The position numbers were made by a program, and so were the translations under genes. A stretch of 64,000 bases of DNA from Mobula hypostoma (taxonomy: Eukaryota). The DNA lies in NCBI RefSeq assembly GCF_963921235.1, contig NC_086108.1, forward strand, positions 115,198,001-115,262,000, written 5' to 3'. The notes under the pieces are model-generated. The model made no database searches. It saw nothing but the letters and a program-made list of their open reading frames with translations, and was not told the origin of the DNA. Positions 26,475 through 40,145 of the stretch are shown piece after piece. Each line of letters opens with the position of its first letter. Within the stretch, counting starts at the first letter, position 1.

Positions 26475-27420
26475 ATAAGAACGTAACAACTAGGAGCAGG
26501 TTATATGACATATCAAGCCTGCTCTGCCATTCAGTGAAATCATGGTTGATCTGGCCATCTCCACCTACCTGCCTTTTCCCCATAACCCTTAATTCTCCCT
26601 ACTATGCAAAAGTTTGCCCAACCTCCCTTTAAATATATTTACTGAGGTAGCCTGCACTTCTTCCCTGGGCAGAGAATTCCACAGATTCACCACTCTCTGG
26701 GAAAAGTAGTTCCTCCTCATCTCCATCCTAAATCTACTCCTCTGAATCTTAAGGCTATGTCCCCAAGTTTCAGTCTCACCTACCAGTGGAAACAACTTTC
26801 CTACCTCAATCTTATTTTCATAATTCTATATGTTTCTATAAGATCCTCTCTCATTCTTCTGAATTCCAGCGAGTATAGTCCCAGGCAACTCAATCTGTCC
26901 TCATAGTCTAACCCTCTCATTTCTGGAATCAACCTGGTGAATCTTCTCTACACTGTCTCCAAAGCCAGTATATCCCTCCTCAAACAAGGAGACCAGAACT
27001 GCACACAGTACTCCAGGTGTGGCCTCACCAGTACCCTGTACAGTTGCAGCATAACCTCCCTGCTCTTAAATTCAATCCCTCTAGCAATGAAGGCCAACAT
27101 TTCATTTGCCTTTTTGATAGCCCGGTGCACCTGCAAACCAACCTTTTGTGATTTATGCACAGGCACTCCCAAATCCCTCTGTACAGCAGCGTGCTGCAAT
27201 TTTTTTTACCATTTAAATAATAATCTACTTCCATTTTTCCTCGCAAGTGGATGACCTCGCATTTACCAACATTGTACTCCATCTCCCAGACCCTTGCCCA
27301 CTCACTCAATCTATCTATATCTCTCTGCAGACTCTCCGTATCTTCTGCACAATTTGCTTTTCCACTCAATTTAGTGTCGTCAGCAAATTTAGATACAATA
27401 CACTCGGTCCCCTCTTCCTA
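26475..27420 (-). mobile_element. CR1 3' fragment
   Basis: ORFs 26948-27199 and 27025-27369 encode CR1 RT C-terminal motifs. Confidence 0.85.
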
Positions 27421-29744
27421 ACGTTGGCCACTGTGGCTCCCCCCACCCCCTGCTTGGCTTTCCTGACGTATCCCATGTTGGAAGATTAATTGATCACTGT
27501 AAATTTCACCTAATGTGTCAGTGAGTTATATAATCTGGGAATACTGTACACCGTAAAATAAAATTGGGATTAGGATAAATTGTGGCTGATAGAATCAGAA
27601 TCGAGTTTATTATCAGTGACAGAGGCTCTTGAACCAGTGGGGATAACTTCACTCACCCACACTGAACTGTTCCCGCAAACTATAGAATCACTCTCAAGGA
27701 CCCTTCATCTCATGATCTCAATATTTATTTCTTATTTCTTCTTTTCTTTTTGTATTTGCACAATTTGTTGTCTTTAGCGGATTGGTGTTTTCCCATCTTG
27801 TTTTATGCAGTCTTTGATTCTAGTGTGTTTCTTTGAAATTACTGTGAATGCCTGCAAGGAAATGAATCTCCGGGTTGTATATAATAACATGTATGTACTT
27901 TGATAACAGTATTTTGAACTTTGCTGTGTTGTGAATAACAACAACCTCTCACTCACTGTCAACAAGACCAAGGAGCTGATTATTGACTAGAGGAGGAGGA
28001 AGCAGGAGGTCCATGAGCCAGTCCTCATCGGGGGAGCAGAGGTGGAGGGGGTCAGCCACTTTAAATTCCTCGGTGTTATCATTTCAGAGGATTTGTCTTG
28101 TGCCCAGCACACAAGTGCAGTTATGACGAAAGCATGGAAACGCATCTACTTCCTTTGACATTTGTGAGGGTTCAGCATGACATCTAAAATTCTGACAAAC
28201 TTCTATAGGTGTGTGGTGCAGAGTATATTGGCTGGTTGCATCACAGCCTGGTGTGGAAACACCAATGTCCTTGAATGGAAAATCCTACAAAAAGTAGTGG
28301 ATACAACCCAGTTCATCACAGGTAAAGCATGAACACTGAGCTTTGTTGCAGGAAAGCAGCATCCATTACCGGAGGCCCCACCACCCAGATCTTGCTGTCT
28401 TCTCACTGCTGCTATCAGGAAGAAGCTACAGGATTCTCAGTATCCACACCACCAGATTCAGAAAGTTATTAGTCCTTAACTATCTGGCTCTTAAACCACA
28501 GGGGATAACTTCACTCACCACTACACTGAACTGTTGCCGCTGCCTTCACTTTCAAAGCAACACACACAAAATGGTGAAGGAACTCAACAGGTCAGGCAGC
28601 ATCTATGGAAATGTAGAAACTGTCGATGTTTCAAGCCGAGATCTTTTCTAAGGACTTCACTTTTAAGGACTCTTCATTACATGTTCTCGATATTTATTGT
28701 TCTTTTTGTATTTGCACAGTTTGTTGTCTTTAGCACACTGATTGTCCACCCTGTTGATGTGGTCTTTCATTGATTCTATTATGGTTATTGGATCTACTGA
28801 GTATGCCCACAAGAAAATGAATCTCAGGGTTGTATATGCTGAAGAAGAAGGGATCTGGAGAGGAGAGTGGACCATTTGAAGAAAGGGAACGAGGAGGGAA
28901 GCCAGAGAGAAGTGATAGGCAGGTGAGGAGAAGAGAAGGGGTGACGGGGAACCAGAATGGGGAATGGGAAAAGGGATGAAGGGGGAGAAATTACTGGAAG
29001 TTTGAGAAGTCGATATTCACACCATCAGTTGGAGGCTATCCAGATGGAATATGAGGTGTTGCTCCTCCAACCTGAGAGTGGCCTCATCATGGCAGTAGTG
29101 GAGGCCATGGTCAGATCTTTTAAAAGTACATAACGTCAATTTCTGTAAACTCTAGCAGTTCCCTTTCTCCCATGGTCCACTCTCTTCTCCTATCAGCATC
29201 CACAAAATCTATTCTGTTTACATTGTTCATGATGGTTGGCATAGATGTGACAGGCTGAATGGCCTATTTTCATTTTGGATGATGCTGTGGCTCTGTGACC
29301 GTTTCTCTGACGTGTCAAGTCCTGGCCTTTGCTCCTTCCTAATTTTAATTGTGACATGGTTGTCAGCTAAGCCGTCAGATGTTTAGGCTGCGGGATCTGG
29401 AATTCCCTCCCTGAAGCCCTGTCTCCTCCTCTGAGACTGTCCTTGACAAAGGTTTAGTCTCCTGCCTGCCAGCTGTGTTTGGGGCTCAGTGTCAAATTTT
29501 GCTAAACAGCACTTCTCTGAGGTGGTTTGCAGGATGTGACTGTGCTGAAGGTGGTATGTAAATGAGTCTCTGCTGCATTAGGATAAAATCTCTGTGGTTA
29601 ACCACTACAATCAGCACAGGCAGTTATTTCCTAATTGGATAATATTAAGTAGAATGTTTGAAAATTATCAGACTGAGTTCAAGAACCGCAAGGTAATATT
29701 GCAGCTCTATAAAACCCCTGGTTAGACCATACTTGCAATGTCAT

Positions 29745-29958
29745 AATCACAAGAGATTCTGCAGATGCTCTAAATCCAGAGCAATTCACACAAAATGCTG
29801 GAGGAGCTCAACAGGTCAGGCAGCTTCTATGGAAGTGAATAATGAGTCGACATTTCTGCCCGAGACTCTTCATTAGGATCTGCCTGAAACGTCGTCTGTT
29901 TCATCCATTCCTTAGGTGCTGCCTGACCTGCTGAGTTCCTCCAGCATTCTGTGCGTGT
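29745..29958. mobile_element. Head-to-head Penelope terminal element nested in CR1
   Basis: Inverted arms cacaaaatgctggaggagctcaacaggtcaggcagc / gctgcctgacctgctgagttcctccagcattctgtg; flanking tacttg duplicated. Confidence 0.7.
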
Positions 29959-30550
29959 TACTTGGAGTATTGTTTTCAGTTCTGCTCACCTCAGTATAGA
30001 AAGCATGTGAATGCTTTAGAGATTGTGCAGACGAGATTTACTAGGATGCTGCCTGGATTACAGAACATGTTTTCTGAGGATAGGTTGAGTGAGCTGTATG
30101 GAGTGAAGCAGATACGAGGTAATTCGATAGAGGTGTACAAGATGAAAAGAGGCATAAGTTGAAACGACAGTCAGAGAGAGGGACTTTCCCAGGGCAGAAA
30201 TAGCTAATACTGTACTAGGGACTTAATTTTAAGGTGATTGGAGGAAAGTAAGGGGGGATGTCAGAGGTAAGTTCTTTACCTCTGGAAGTGATGGGTGCAT
30301 GGAATGCCCTGCTGGAGTTGTGATAGAGGTAAATACATTAGGGATATCTAAAAGACTCTTCGATAGGCGCATGGATGATTAAAGAATGGAGAGCTATTTG
30401 GGAGGGAAGGGTTAGCTTGATCTTAGAGTAGATGGTATAAAATCGTGGGCTGAAGGACCTGTATTGTATTGTACTGATGTGTGTTCAATGTAAGCCTTGG
30501 ATCGCTGGCTGAGTCACATACTGTCATTGATACTGTCGCCTCTCTCACAG

Positions 30551-30687
30551 ACATCGACCTGGTGCAATGAGATGGAGAATATTCGAAAACTGATGGCCAC
30601 TGTAAACACTATCCTGGCCCATCACTCTCCAGTGCACATCATCCAGCGATGGATCCGTGGCCACATCACCAGGAAGAAGCTGAGCAG
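30551..30687 (+). CDS. LRRIQ3: LRRIQ3 coding exon 3 (IQ motif)
   Basis: ctctcacag|ACA ... AG|gtatta, phase 0/2. TSTWCNEMENIRKLMATVNTILAHHSPVHIIQRWIRGHITRKKLS contains the IQ motif and resembles human ILAHNSPVLIVQRWIRGFLVRK. Confidence 0.9.
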
Positions 30688-31029
30688 GTATTAGCCCTGG
30701 CCCGGCTCTCTTATTGACCCCCACACTACACCTGCTGGACCAGAGTCTGGCTGTTGCCAGACAAGTTTGGTGGCGCCTCTGTTTGCATTTGGTGACAGAC
30801 AGTCAGAGACTGCACCTTTCCTATTGATTGCCCCTCTCATTATTTATTTGGGATACAGCACGAAATGGGTCCTTTTGGCCCTTTGAGCTACGTCACCCGG
30901 CAGCCACTAGATTTAACCCCGGCCTAATCACAATGACCAACTAACCACTAACCGGTCTGCTGCTGTGTGTGGGGGGAAACCAGAGCACAGAGCAAACTTG
31001 CATGGTCATGGGAAGGAGCGTAAAGTCAT

Positions 31030-31420
31030 AAATGTGAGAGGTTCTGCAGATGCTGGAAATCCAGAGCAACACACACAAAATACTGGAGGAACTCCTTAGA
31101 GATGTAGTCAATGTTTCGGGCTGAGACCCTTCATCAGGACTGAAAAGGGAGGGGGAAAGATGCCAAGATAAAAAGGTAGGGGGAGAGGAAGGAGGGTAGC
31201 TAGAAGGTGATAGGAGATGCCGGGTGGGTGGGAAAGGTGAAGGGCTGCAGAGGAAGGAACCTGATAGGAAAGGAGAGTGGGCCATCTGAGAAAGGGAAGG
31301 AGGAAGGCCAGGAGGAGGTGATAGGCAGTGAGAAGAAGTAAGAGGGGAATAGAAGAAGGGAGTGGGATTTTTTTTTAACTGGAAGGAGAAATTGATATTC
31401 ATGCCATCAAGTTGAAGGAA
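31030..31420 (-). mobile_element. Penelope-like 3' fragment with hammerhead motif
   Basis: Reverse complement cagtc CTGATGA a gggtctcagccc GAAAC ATT gacta at 31105-31142. Confidence 0.75.
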
Positions 31421-33794
31421 AGTAGAAACTTGCTTACAGAGGACGCTGAAACTGAACTGCAGACTCCGCTGCCTTGAGCTGTAATGGCAGCACTCTAACC
31501 TCCATGCTGACATGGTGCCTTTGATAGCAGTGGGTGGGAGGGAGGAAAGCGGTTTGTTTTGCTGGTGGTGTTTGGTTGCATATTTTGTTCAGAACATGTG
31601 GACGTGCTATGATTGCACCAGGGTGCGTGGTGACACTTACAAGCTGTCCCCAGCACATTCCAAGGTGAGAGTGCAAATGGCATGATTATCTGTATGTTTC
31701 TATGTACCATGTGATGAATCTGAATCTGGTCTCCCCAACAATGAATGGGTAGGCAGGCTCCTTTACAGGGATGACTTGATAGAGGTATGTACGATGATAA
31801 GAGGCATAGTTTGAGTGGACAGCCAGAGACATTTTTCCCAGGGCTGAAATAACTAATATTAGGGGTCATAGTTTTAAGGTGATTGGAGGAAAGTATGGGG
31901 TGGGGGATGTGAGAGGTAGTTGTTTTACACAGAGTGGTGGGTGTGTGGAATGCCCTGCCAGGGGTGGTGGTAGAGGCAGATACTTTAGGGGCATTTAAGA
32001 GACTCTTAGTAAGGCACATGGATGACAGAAAACTGTAGGGGTATGTGGAAAGGAACACACAGTAGCAGTTACCGTAAAGCTTTACAGTACTAGCAGTGTT
32101 CAATTCCCGCCACTGTTTGTATGTTCTCCCTGTGACCCATTGGGTTTCCAATGGGTGCTCTAGTGTTCTCCCACATCTCAAAAACGTACAGGTTAGAGCT
32201 AGTAAGTTGTGTGCATGCTGTGTTGATGCCAGAAGCAGGGTGATATTTGTGGTTGGCCCCCCGCACGTCTTGGACTGTGTTGATCGTCGACTCAAAACAA
32301 CTTATTGCCATGTTTCAATGTATATGTGACAAATAAAGATGATCTTTAAAAGCTGTACCTTCAGGGAAGGGATATGTCAATGACAAAGTAGATTAAAGGT
32401 CGGCACAACATTGCAGGCCAAAGGGTCTGCACTGTGCTGTAATGTTTTATGAGAATAAAGAGGGCCTTTTCTGGTTGGCTGCCAGTGATTCGTGGTACAT
32501 GTCAATGATTTGGATCATGGAATTGATGGTTTTGTGCCCAAGTTAGCAGATGATACAAAGATTTTAAAACAGAGGTTGATAGGTTCTTGATTAGTCATTA
32601 GAATGGAGATGAGGAGAAATTTCTTTAGCCAGAGCGTGGTGAATCTGTGGAATTCATTGCTACAGGTGGCTGTGGAGGCCAAGTCATTGTGTATATGCAA
32701 AACAGAGGTTGACGGGTTCTTCATTTGTCAGGGCATCAAAGGTTATGGGTAGAAGGCAGGAGAGTGCAGTTAAGAGGGATAATAAATTAGCCATGATGAA
32801 ATGATGGCGAAGACTTGATGGGCTGAATGGCCTCATTATGCGCCTATATATTGTCGTATGGTCTTAAATGCACCACAGATTGCTGCGGTGGGAATCAAAA
32901 CCATTGTTGGTGATTAGTCTTGGGGTCTGACTGCTGCAATAGCATAACATTAAGATGCTGTACTGTCATCTGCTTCTGCCCACCACACAGTTTCATAGAA
33001 CAAAGAAAGGACATCTTTTTAATGGTTTCATTGTTTGTAACTCAAATACTTTAAATTCCTTTTGCCATTTCCAATCTCATTTGTTGTTGCACATTTAGAT
33101 ACAGATGCAGGACAGAAATCTTTCCCTGTTTATCCGTTAAGTCTCTTACTATTGATATTTTCTCAGCATTTTGTTTGGTACTTGTCAGCGCTGTGTGATC
33201 CCAGTGGACATTAGTTACCAGGACCGCCAGTGAGACTTACTCAGCCTATTTCTTCTTTTGTATGTCAATTGAAATCTGATTCCGTTGTCCTGTTTTTAAG
33301 TGCAAAAAAATTGAAAATCCGGTTTTTATTTGTCGATGTAGAAAATGTGGTGAGAATTGTGTACAATGTGAAATTTGACTTGGCACCTCAGGGGATGGTC
33401 AACACTGGCACGTGTCAAATCTTTGGTTTGTAGGACAAGTTAAGCATGCCAGCTGAAATTGAATCGTTTTTTTTCTACTGTGGACAAATGTGCTTTGAAA
33501 CCAGCTTAGTCCCACAGCACAGAACCAGGCCCTTCAGTCCTTTGAGTTCACCCTAGCCATCAAACACCCATAACACCCCTCCCAACCACCACTACTTCAT
33601 CATTTCCTGTCAGGGTAACTTATGTACAAACCCTCCTGTGTCCAGCATCTCTTTATGGACGTCAAATCAATCTATATATATGTATAATATACACTATCTT
33701 GTGTATTTATATTTGTTGTGATTTTTTAAAATTGTGTTCTTTATCATATTGTGTGTTTTTCTGCTGCATCAGATCTGGAGTAACAATTACTTTG

Positions 33795-35737
33795 AGCAAG
33801 ACGAAGTCTGCAGATGCTGGAAATCCAAGCAACACACACAAAATGCTGGAGGAACTCAGCAGGCCAGGCAGCATCTATGGAAAAGAGCACATTCAAAGTT
33901 TCAGGCTGAAACCCTTCGGCAGGACTGGAGGAAAAAGCCGAGGAGTAGATTTGAAAGGTGGGGAGGGGAGGGAGAATCACCAGGTGATAGGTGAAACCTG
34001 GAGGGGGAGGGATGAAGTAAAGAGCTAGAAAGTTGATAGGTAGAACAGACAGAAAGCCATGGGGGGGGGGAAGAAAGAAAAAAGGGGGGTGGGGGAGCAG
34101 CACTAGAGGGAGGCGATGGGTGGGCAAGGGGATAACATGAGAGGGGGAAATAGGATGGGATATGGTGAAGGGGGTGTGGGCATTACTGGAAATTTGAGAA
34201 ATCGATGTTGATGCCATCAGGTTGGAGGCTACCCAAATGGAATATAAGGTACTGTTCCTCCAACCCAAGTGTGGCCTCATCGCGACAGTGGAGGAGGCCA
34301 TGGATGGTCCTTTCGGGACGGGAATGGGAAATGGAATTAAAATGGGTGGCCACTGATTGATCCCACTCATTCTGGCAGACGGAGAATAGATGCTCGACAA
34401 AGTGGTCTCCCAGTCTATGTAGGGACTCACCGATATACAAGAGGCCACACTGGGAGCACCGAACACAGACTCACAGGTAAAGTGTCACCTCACCTGGAAG
34501 GACTGTTTGGGGCCTTGAATGGTAGTGAGGGAGATTGCAAGGATAAGTGCCTGGAGGGAGATCAGTGGGAAGGGACGAATGGGCAAGGGAATCTCAGGAT
34601 GAGGCTTTTCATTCGAGAACAAAGGAGATGGCTTCCTTTTTCAAAGAGAGGGGCTTCTCTTCCTCCACCATCAGCACTACCCTCAACCACATCTTTTCCA
34701 TTTCACGCATGTCTACTCTCACTCCATCCACCCGCCACCCTACCAGGGATAGGGTTCCTCTTGTCCTCACCTACCACCCCACCAGCCTCCGTGTCCAGCA
34801 CATAATTCTCTGAAACTTCCGCCACCTCCAACTGGATCCCACCACCAAACATATCTTTCTCTTCCCCCCCCCCCCAAAACTTTCTGCTTTCCATGGGGAT
34901 CGCTCCCTCCGCAACTCCTTTGTCCATTCATCCCTCCCCACTGATCTCCCTCCTGGCACTTAACCTTGCAAGTGGAACAAGTGCTACACCTGCCCCTACA
35001 CCACCTCCCTCACTACCATCCAGGGCCCTAAACAGTCCTTCCAGGTGAGGCAACAATTCACCTGTGAGTCTGTTGGGTCATTTACTGTGTTCGGTGCTCC
35101 CAGTGTGGCCTCCTGTACATCGGCGAGACCTGACGTATGTTGAGAGACGGCTTCACCGAGCATCTACACTCCATCGGCCAGAACAAGCAGGATCTCCCAG
35201 TGGCTGCCCATTTTAATTCCACTTCCCATTCCCATTCCGATATGTCCATCCATGGCCTCCTCCACTATCAGGATAAGGCCACACTTAGGCTGGAGAAACA
35301 ACACCTTATATTCCGTTTGGGTAGCCTCCAGCCTGATGGCATGAACATCGATTTCTCAAACTTCCAGTAATGCCTGCACCTCCCCCCCGCACCCCCTTCA
35401 TCATTTCCCATCCCTTTCTCTCTCTCTCTATCGCTCTCTCTCATGTTATCTTCTTGCCCGCCCATCGTCTCTCTCTGGTGCTCCTCTACCTGATTTTTCT
35501 TCCTTCCATAGCCTTTTGCCTCTTTCAGTAATCAACTTCCAACCTCTTTACTTCATCCCTCCCCCTCCAAGTTTCACCTATCGCCTGGTGTTTCTCTCTC
35601 CCCTCCCCCATCCTTTCAAATCTACTCCTCCAGCTTTTTTTTCCAGTCCTGCCGAAAGGTTTTGGCCCGAAACCTCGACTGCACTCTCTTCCATAGATGC
35701 TGCCTGGCCTGCTGAGTTCCTCCAGCGTTTTCTCTGT
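33795..35737. mobile_element. Penelope-like retroelement: inverted partial copy (-) joined to a + copy with GIY-YIG remnant
   Basis: YCVRCSQCGLLYIGET at ~35080-35130; minus copy YIGESLHRLGDHFVEHL...LGSLQPDGIN; candidate TSD gtaacaatta (33780-33789 and 35738-35747). Confidence 0.88.
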
Positions 35738-36837
35738 GTAACAATTAATTCAGTACACTTGTGTTCTGGAAATTATATTCATCAATCTTGAAGTTTTGAA
35801 CTGTTGAATCCTACTGTGATCCCATTTCATTCTCCCTACATTCCCATCAACTCCCCGCAGATTCCAACCCCCACCCACACACTGGGAATAATTTACACTG
35901 GCCAGTTAACCCACCGACCCACACGTCTTTGGTATGTGCAAGGGAACTGGAGCGACTGAGGGAAACCCATCCAGTCAGAAGGAGAACGTGCAAACCCCAC
36001 ACAGACAGCAGCGGAGGTCAGGATTGAATCCGGGTCTCTGTGCTTCAAGGTTAGAGCTCAGCCATCGTGCCACTGAGTGGTAATCTGGGTGATTAAATTG
36101 TAGCTGACAAGACGCTAAGCAAGGGCTTGAACGTTCCTGCTACAGATAATAGAACATTGGCCCATGGTGTTGTGCCGACCTTTTAACCTACTTTAAAATC
36201 AATGTAATGCTTCCCTCCCACATAGCGCTCCATTTTTCTATCATCCATCTGCTTATCTAGAAGTCTCAATTGTCCCAAGGTATCTGCCTCTACCTCCACC
36301 CAGACAGTGCATTTCATGCATCCACCACTCTCTGTGTAAAGAACTTAACCCTGACATTGCCTCTATACTTTCCTCTCATTAATTTAAAGTTATGCCCCCT
36401 GCCACTTGCACCCTGGAGAAAAAAAGTCTCTGGCTGTCTGCCCCTCTTATCATCTTGTACACCTCTATCAAGTCACCTCTCATCCTCCTTCGCTCCAAGG
36501 AGAAAATCCCCAGCTCGCTTAACCTATCCTCAGAAGACATGCGCTCCTGTTGTCTGCCAGTATCCTCTTCCTCTGTTGCCTTTTTCCCTCCTCCCCTCCT
36601 CCCCTTCTTCTCTGGGGCCTCAGGCAACGGCTAGGCCTTCAATGTGGTGTGTGGTGGTGGGTGTGGCTGTAGATCAATACCTCAAGGTGCTTCCATGTCT
36701 TGAGAATCTCCACAGGACTGCAGCTAATCCTGTCAAAATCAGGTTTAATATCACCGACATATGTCGGAAATTTGTTGCCTTTGCAGCAGCTGTACAATGC
36801 AATACATAATAATATAGGTAAAAAACTGAATAACACT

Positions 36838-36839
<2 letters not shown>

Positions 36840-36929
<90 letters not shown>
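36840..36929. repeat. (GT)n(AT)n compound microsatellite
   Basis: Directly visible. Confidence 0.98.
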
Positions 36930-36931
<2 letters not shown>

Positions 36932-37164
36932 GTATATGTTAAATACTGAAGCTAAAATAAGTCATGCAAAAACAGAAATAAAAAAATAGTGAGGTAGTGT
37001 TCAACATTCATTTAGAAATTGGATGGCAGATGGGAAGAAATTACTGAGTGTATGTCTTCAGACACTGTACCTCCTTGCTGATGGTAACAATGAGAAGGGG
37101 ACATGCCCTGGGTGCTGGGGATCCTTAATAATGGTCACTGCCTTTCTGAGGCTCTGTTCCTTCA

Positions 37165-37915
37165 CAACATTTTTCTAACCACTGGTCAGGCTAACTAGCT
37201 TTCTCCTGTCTGCCTCCCTTTCGTAAAGAATGGAATGACATATACAGTTTTCTAGTCCTCAGGAACTATTCCATAATCTAGTGATCCTTGAAGGATCATT
37301 ACTAATGCCTCCACAATCTCTTCAGCTACCTCTTTCAGAACATTGGGAGGTAGTCCATTTGGTCCAGTTAACCTATCTACCTTCAGACTTGTCAGCTTCC
37401 CAAGTACTTTCTCCTCAGTAACAGCAAATGCACTCACTTTTTGCCCTGTGACACTTGCAATCTGGCATTCTCCTAGTGCCTTACACAGTGATAGCTGATG
37501 CAAAATACTTATTAAGTTGCTCCACCATTTCTTTTTCTGTTATTACTACCTTTCCAATATCGTTTTCTAGCAGTCTGTTATCCACTTTCATTTCTCGTTT
37601 ATTCTTTATGCCGTTCGTATAACTGAAAAAAATCTTTTGGCATCATCTTTTATATTGTTAGCGAGCTTACCTTCATATTTCATCTTTTCTTGCTTTATGG
37701 CTTTTTTAGTTACCTTCTGCTGGTTTTTAAAAGATTCCCAATCCTGCACCTTCCCACTAATTTTTGCTTTTATACTGTCTTTGATTTCCCTTGTCATCCA
37801 CGGTTCCTTCATCCTCCCTGTAGAATACTACTTCATCTTTGGGATGTATCTTTCCTGCGCCTTCCGAATATCCCGCAGAAACACTAGCCATTGCGGTTCT
37901 GTCATCATCCCTGCT
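37165..37915 (-). mobile_element. Decayed CR1 ORF2 internal fragment
   Basis: EPWMTREIKD...YEGKLANNIK and LKEVAEEIVEAL motifs. Confidence 0.8.
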
Positions 37916-38076
37916 GGTGTTATTACCCTTCAACCATCAAACTTCTGTACTGGTGTGGATGACTCCACTCACCCCAACACTGAATTAGTTCCAAAAACTG
38001 TGGACTCACTTTCAAGGACTCTGCAACTCATGTTCTTGGTATTATCTATCTATCTATCTGTTTATCTCTCTATTTA

Positions 38077-38664
38077 TGTAACACGCTGTAAGGTTTCACT
38101 GCTAAGGCTTCTATGTAATGTTCCACTGTTAAGGTAATGGTTTCTCTGTAGCAGCAATGTTTGTGTTATGACTAGAGATAACGGGACTTTGGAATTTAGT
38201 GGCTATCCAATGGGAGAGATGTTGTTCTTGCTTGTGTGTCTGGGAGCCGGGTTATTTGCGGTCTTTTGTCGAGGAGAGATGAAGAAGGAGGACGCGTGTG
38301 GAGAGAGCTGGTAGACCACCAGATGGAGTGGACTGGGATCTGAGGGCCCAAAGGTTGGTGACATTTAGAGGAGACCGATGGTGAAAGAAGGACTATTGAG
38401 TGAACTCCAATGGGGACTTTGACTTTGACTTGGGCCCTTTTGTTTTTTGTTTTGTTTATTTACATTACTAACCCTACATTCAGATTAAGATTCATAAAGT
38501 CTATCATTTAATTTCACATGTTGTACTGACTGATATTTTGCGTTGTGGGTTTGTAACTGGGGGTACATTACACAGCATCCACACAAACGTGATTACCCAG
38601 TTTGGCTGGGCCGAAGGCTGATTTCCCCTGGACAAACATGAACTGAGTGAGCCCGAGGGTTACA
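38077..38664. mobile_element. Solo LTR (Gypsy-type)
   Basis: Termini TGTAAC...GTTACA; 4-bp TSD TTTA (38073-38076 and 38665-38668); 588 bp. Confidence 0.85.
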
Positions 38665-39334
38665 TTTACACAGTTTGTCTTTTGTGAATTGGTTGTTTAT
38701 CAGTATTTGTGTGTCATTTTTCATTGATTCTATTGTATTTCTTTGTTTTCCAGCAAATACCTGCCAGAAAATAAATATGATGACACGTACATTTATGCTG
38801 AACTTATTTTGAACTTTGTACCCCACACAAACACCAGGAAAAGCATCCCCAGCCCCACCCTGTCCTTGTGGACATTGTTGGTGATCCTCCAGTTGCGGTG
38901 ACACAGATCAGCTGCCTCTGCCAGTAATAAGTCTGAGCCATGGCATTCAGAGTGAGAGAGCGACTGTCCCTTCTGAGGGCCAAGCAGTCCAGCTGCTAAT
39001 GGGTATCTGGGTTAAGTACCTATCCTTCCTCAGTCCTTGAATGCTGTCTGTGCTTCAGACAAACTCTCAGAGCCAAGACGAGAATTCCATCAGGATTTAG
39101 AGATCCTTCACCTCCAGATATACAGCCCTGAGGCTGAGGGAGCTGGAGCTGGAGCTGGGAGGGTGGCTACTGAACACTTCTGGAGGCAGTGTGTCTACGT
39201 GAGGGCACCATGGTAGTATAGTAGTTTTATTGCAGCTTGAGGCATCAGCATTCGGAAATTCAGTTCTGGCATCCTCTGTAAGCAACCTGTATCTTCCTTC
39301 CCCGAGTGCTTGCGTTTCCTCTGACAGTCCAAAG

Positions 39335-40022
39335 AATTGAATTGTCTTTATTCCTTACACCCTTCACATATAGGAGGAGTAAAAATCTTTACATTACTTC
39401 TCCGTCTAAATGTGCAATGTGGAATCATAGTAATTTACAATAAATAGAACAGTCAATGTAACATAGAAATACACTTAAATCACTGTCAGTTAATCAGTAT
39501 GATAGCCTGGTGGAAGCTGCTGTCCTGGAGCCTGTTGGTCCTGGCTTTTATGCTACAGTACCATTGCCTGAATGGTAGCAGCCGGAATAGATTTTGGTTG
39601 GGATGGCTTGGGTCCCCAATGATCCTTCGAGCCCTCTTTTCCATACCTATCTTTGTAAATGTCCTGAATAGTGGGAAGTTCCCAACTACAGATGTGCTGG
39701 ACTGTCCACACCACTCTCTGCAGAGTCCTGCAATTGAGGGAGGTACAGTTCCCATACCAGGCAGTGATGCAGCCAGTCAAGATGCTCTCAGTTGTGCCCC
39801 TGTGGAAAGTTCTTAGAATTTGGGGGAGGGGCCCATACCAAACTTCCTCAACCGTCTGAGGTGAAGGAGGCGCTGTCGTGCCTTTTCATCACACAGCTGG
39901 TGTGTACAGACCACGTGAGGTCCTCGGTGATGCGGATGCTTATTACCCTCCCAACCCCAGATACATTAATGTCAATAGGGGTTAGCCCATCTCCATTCCT
40001 TCTGTAATCCACAACCAGCTCC
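39335..40022 (-). mobile_element. Rex1/Babar-like LINE 3' fragment
   Basis: TGCITAWYGNCT...LQRVV on the minus strand. Confidence 0.8.
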
Positions 40023-40107
40023 TAAAATGTACAGGTTAGTAGGTTAATTAGTCATTGTAAATTGTCCTGTCAGGACTAAGAAATCTCTTACTAGCTCTTC
40101 TTTCAGT

Positions 40108-40145
40108 TGGTCCTGACGAAGGGTCTTGGCCCGAAACGTCGACTG
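40108..40145 (+). ncRNA. Minimal type I hammerhead ribozyme, intact core
   Basis: tggtc CTGACGA a gggtcttggccc GAAAC GTC gactg; predicted cleavage after 40140; within a ~130-bp Penelope-derived insert (~40070-40200). Confidence 0.75.
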
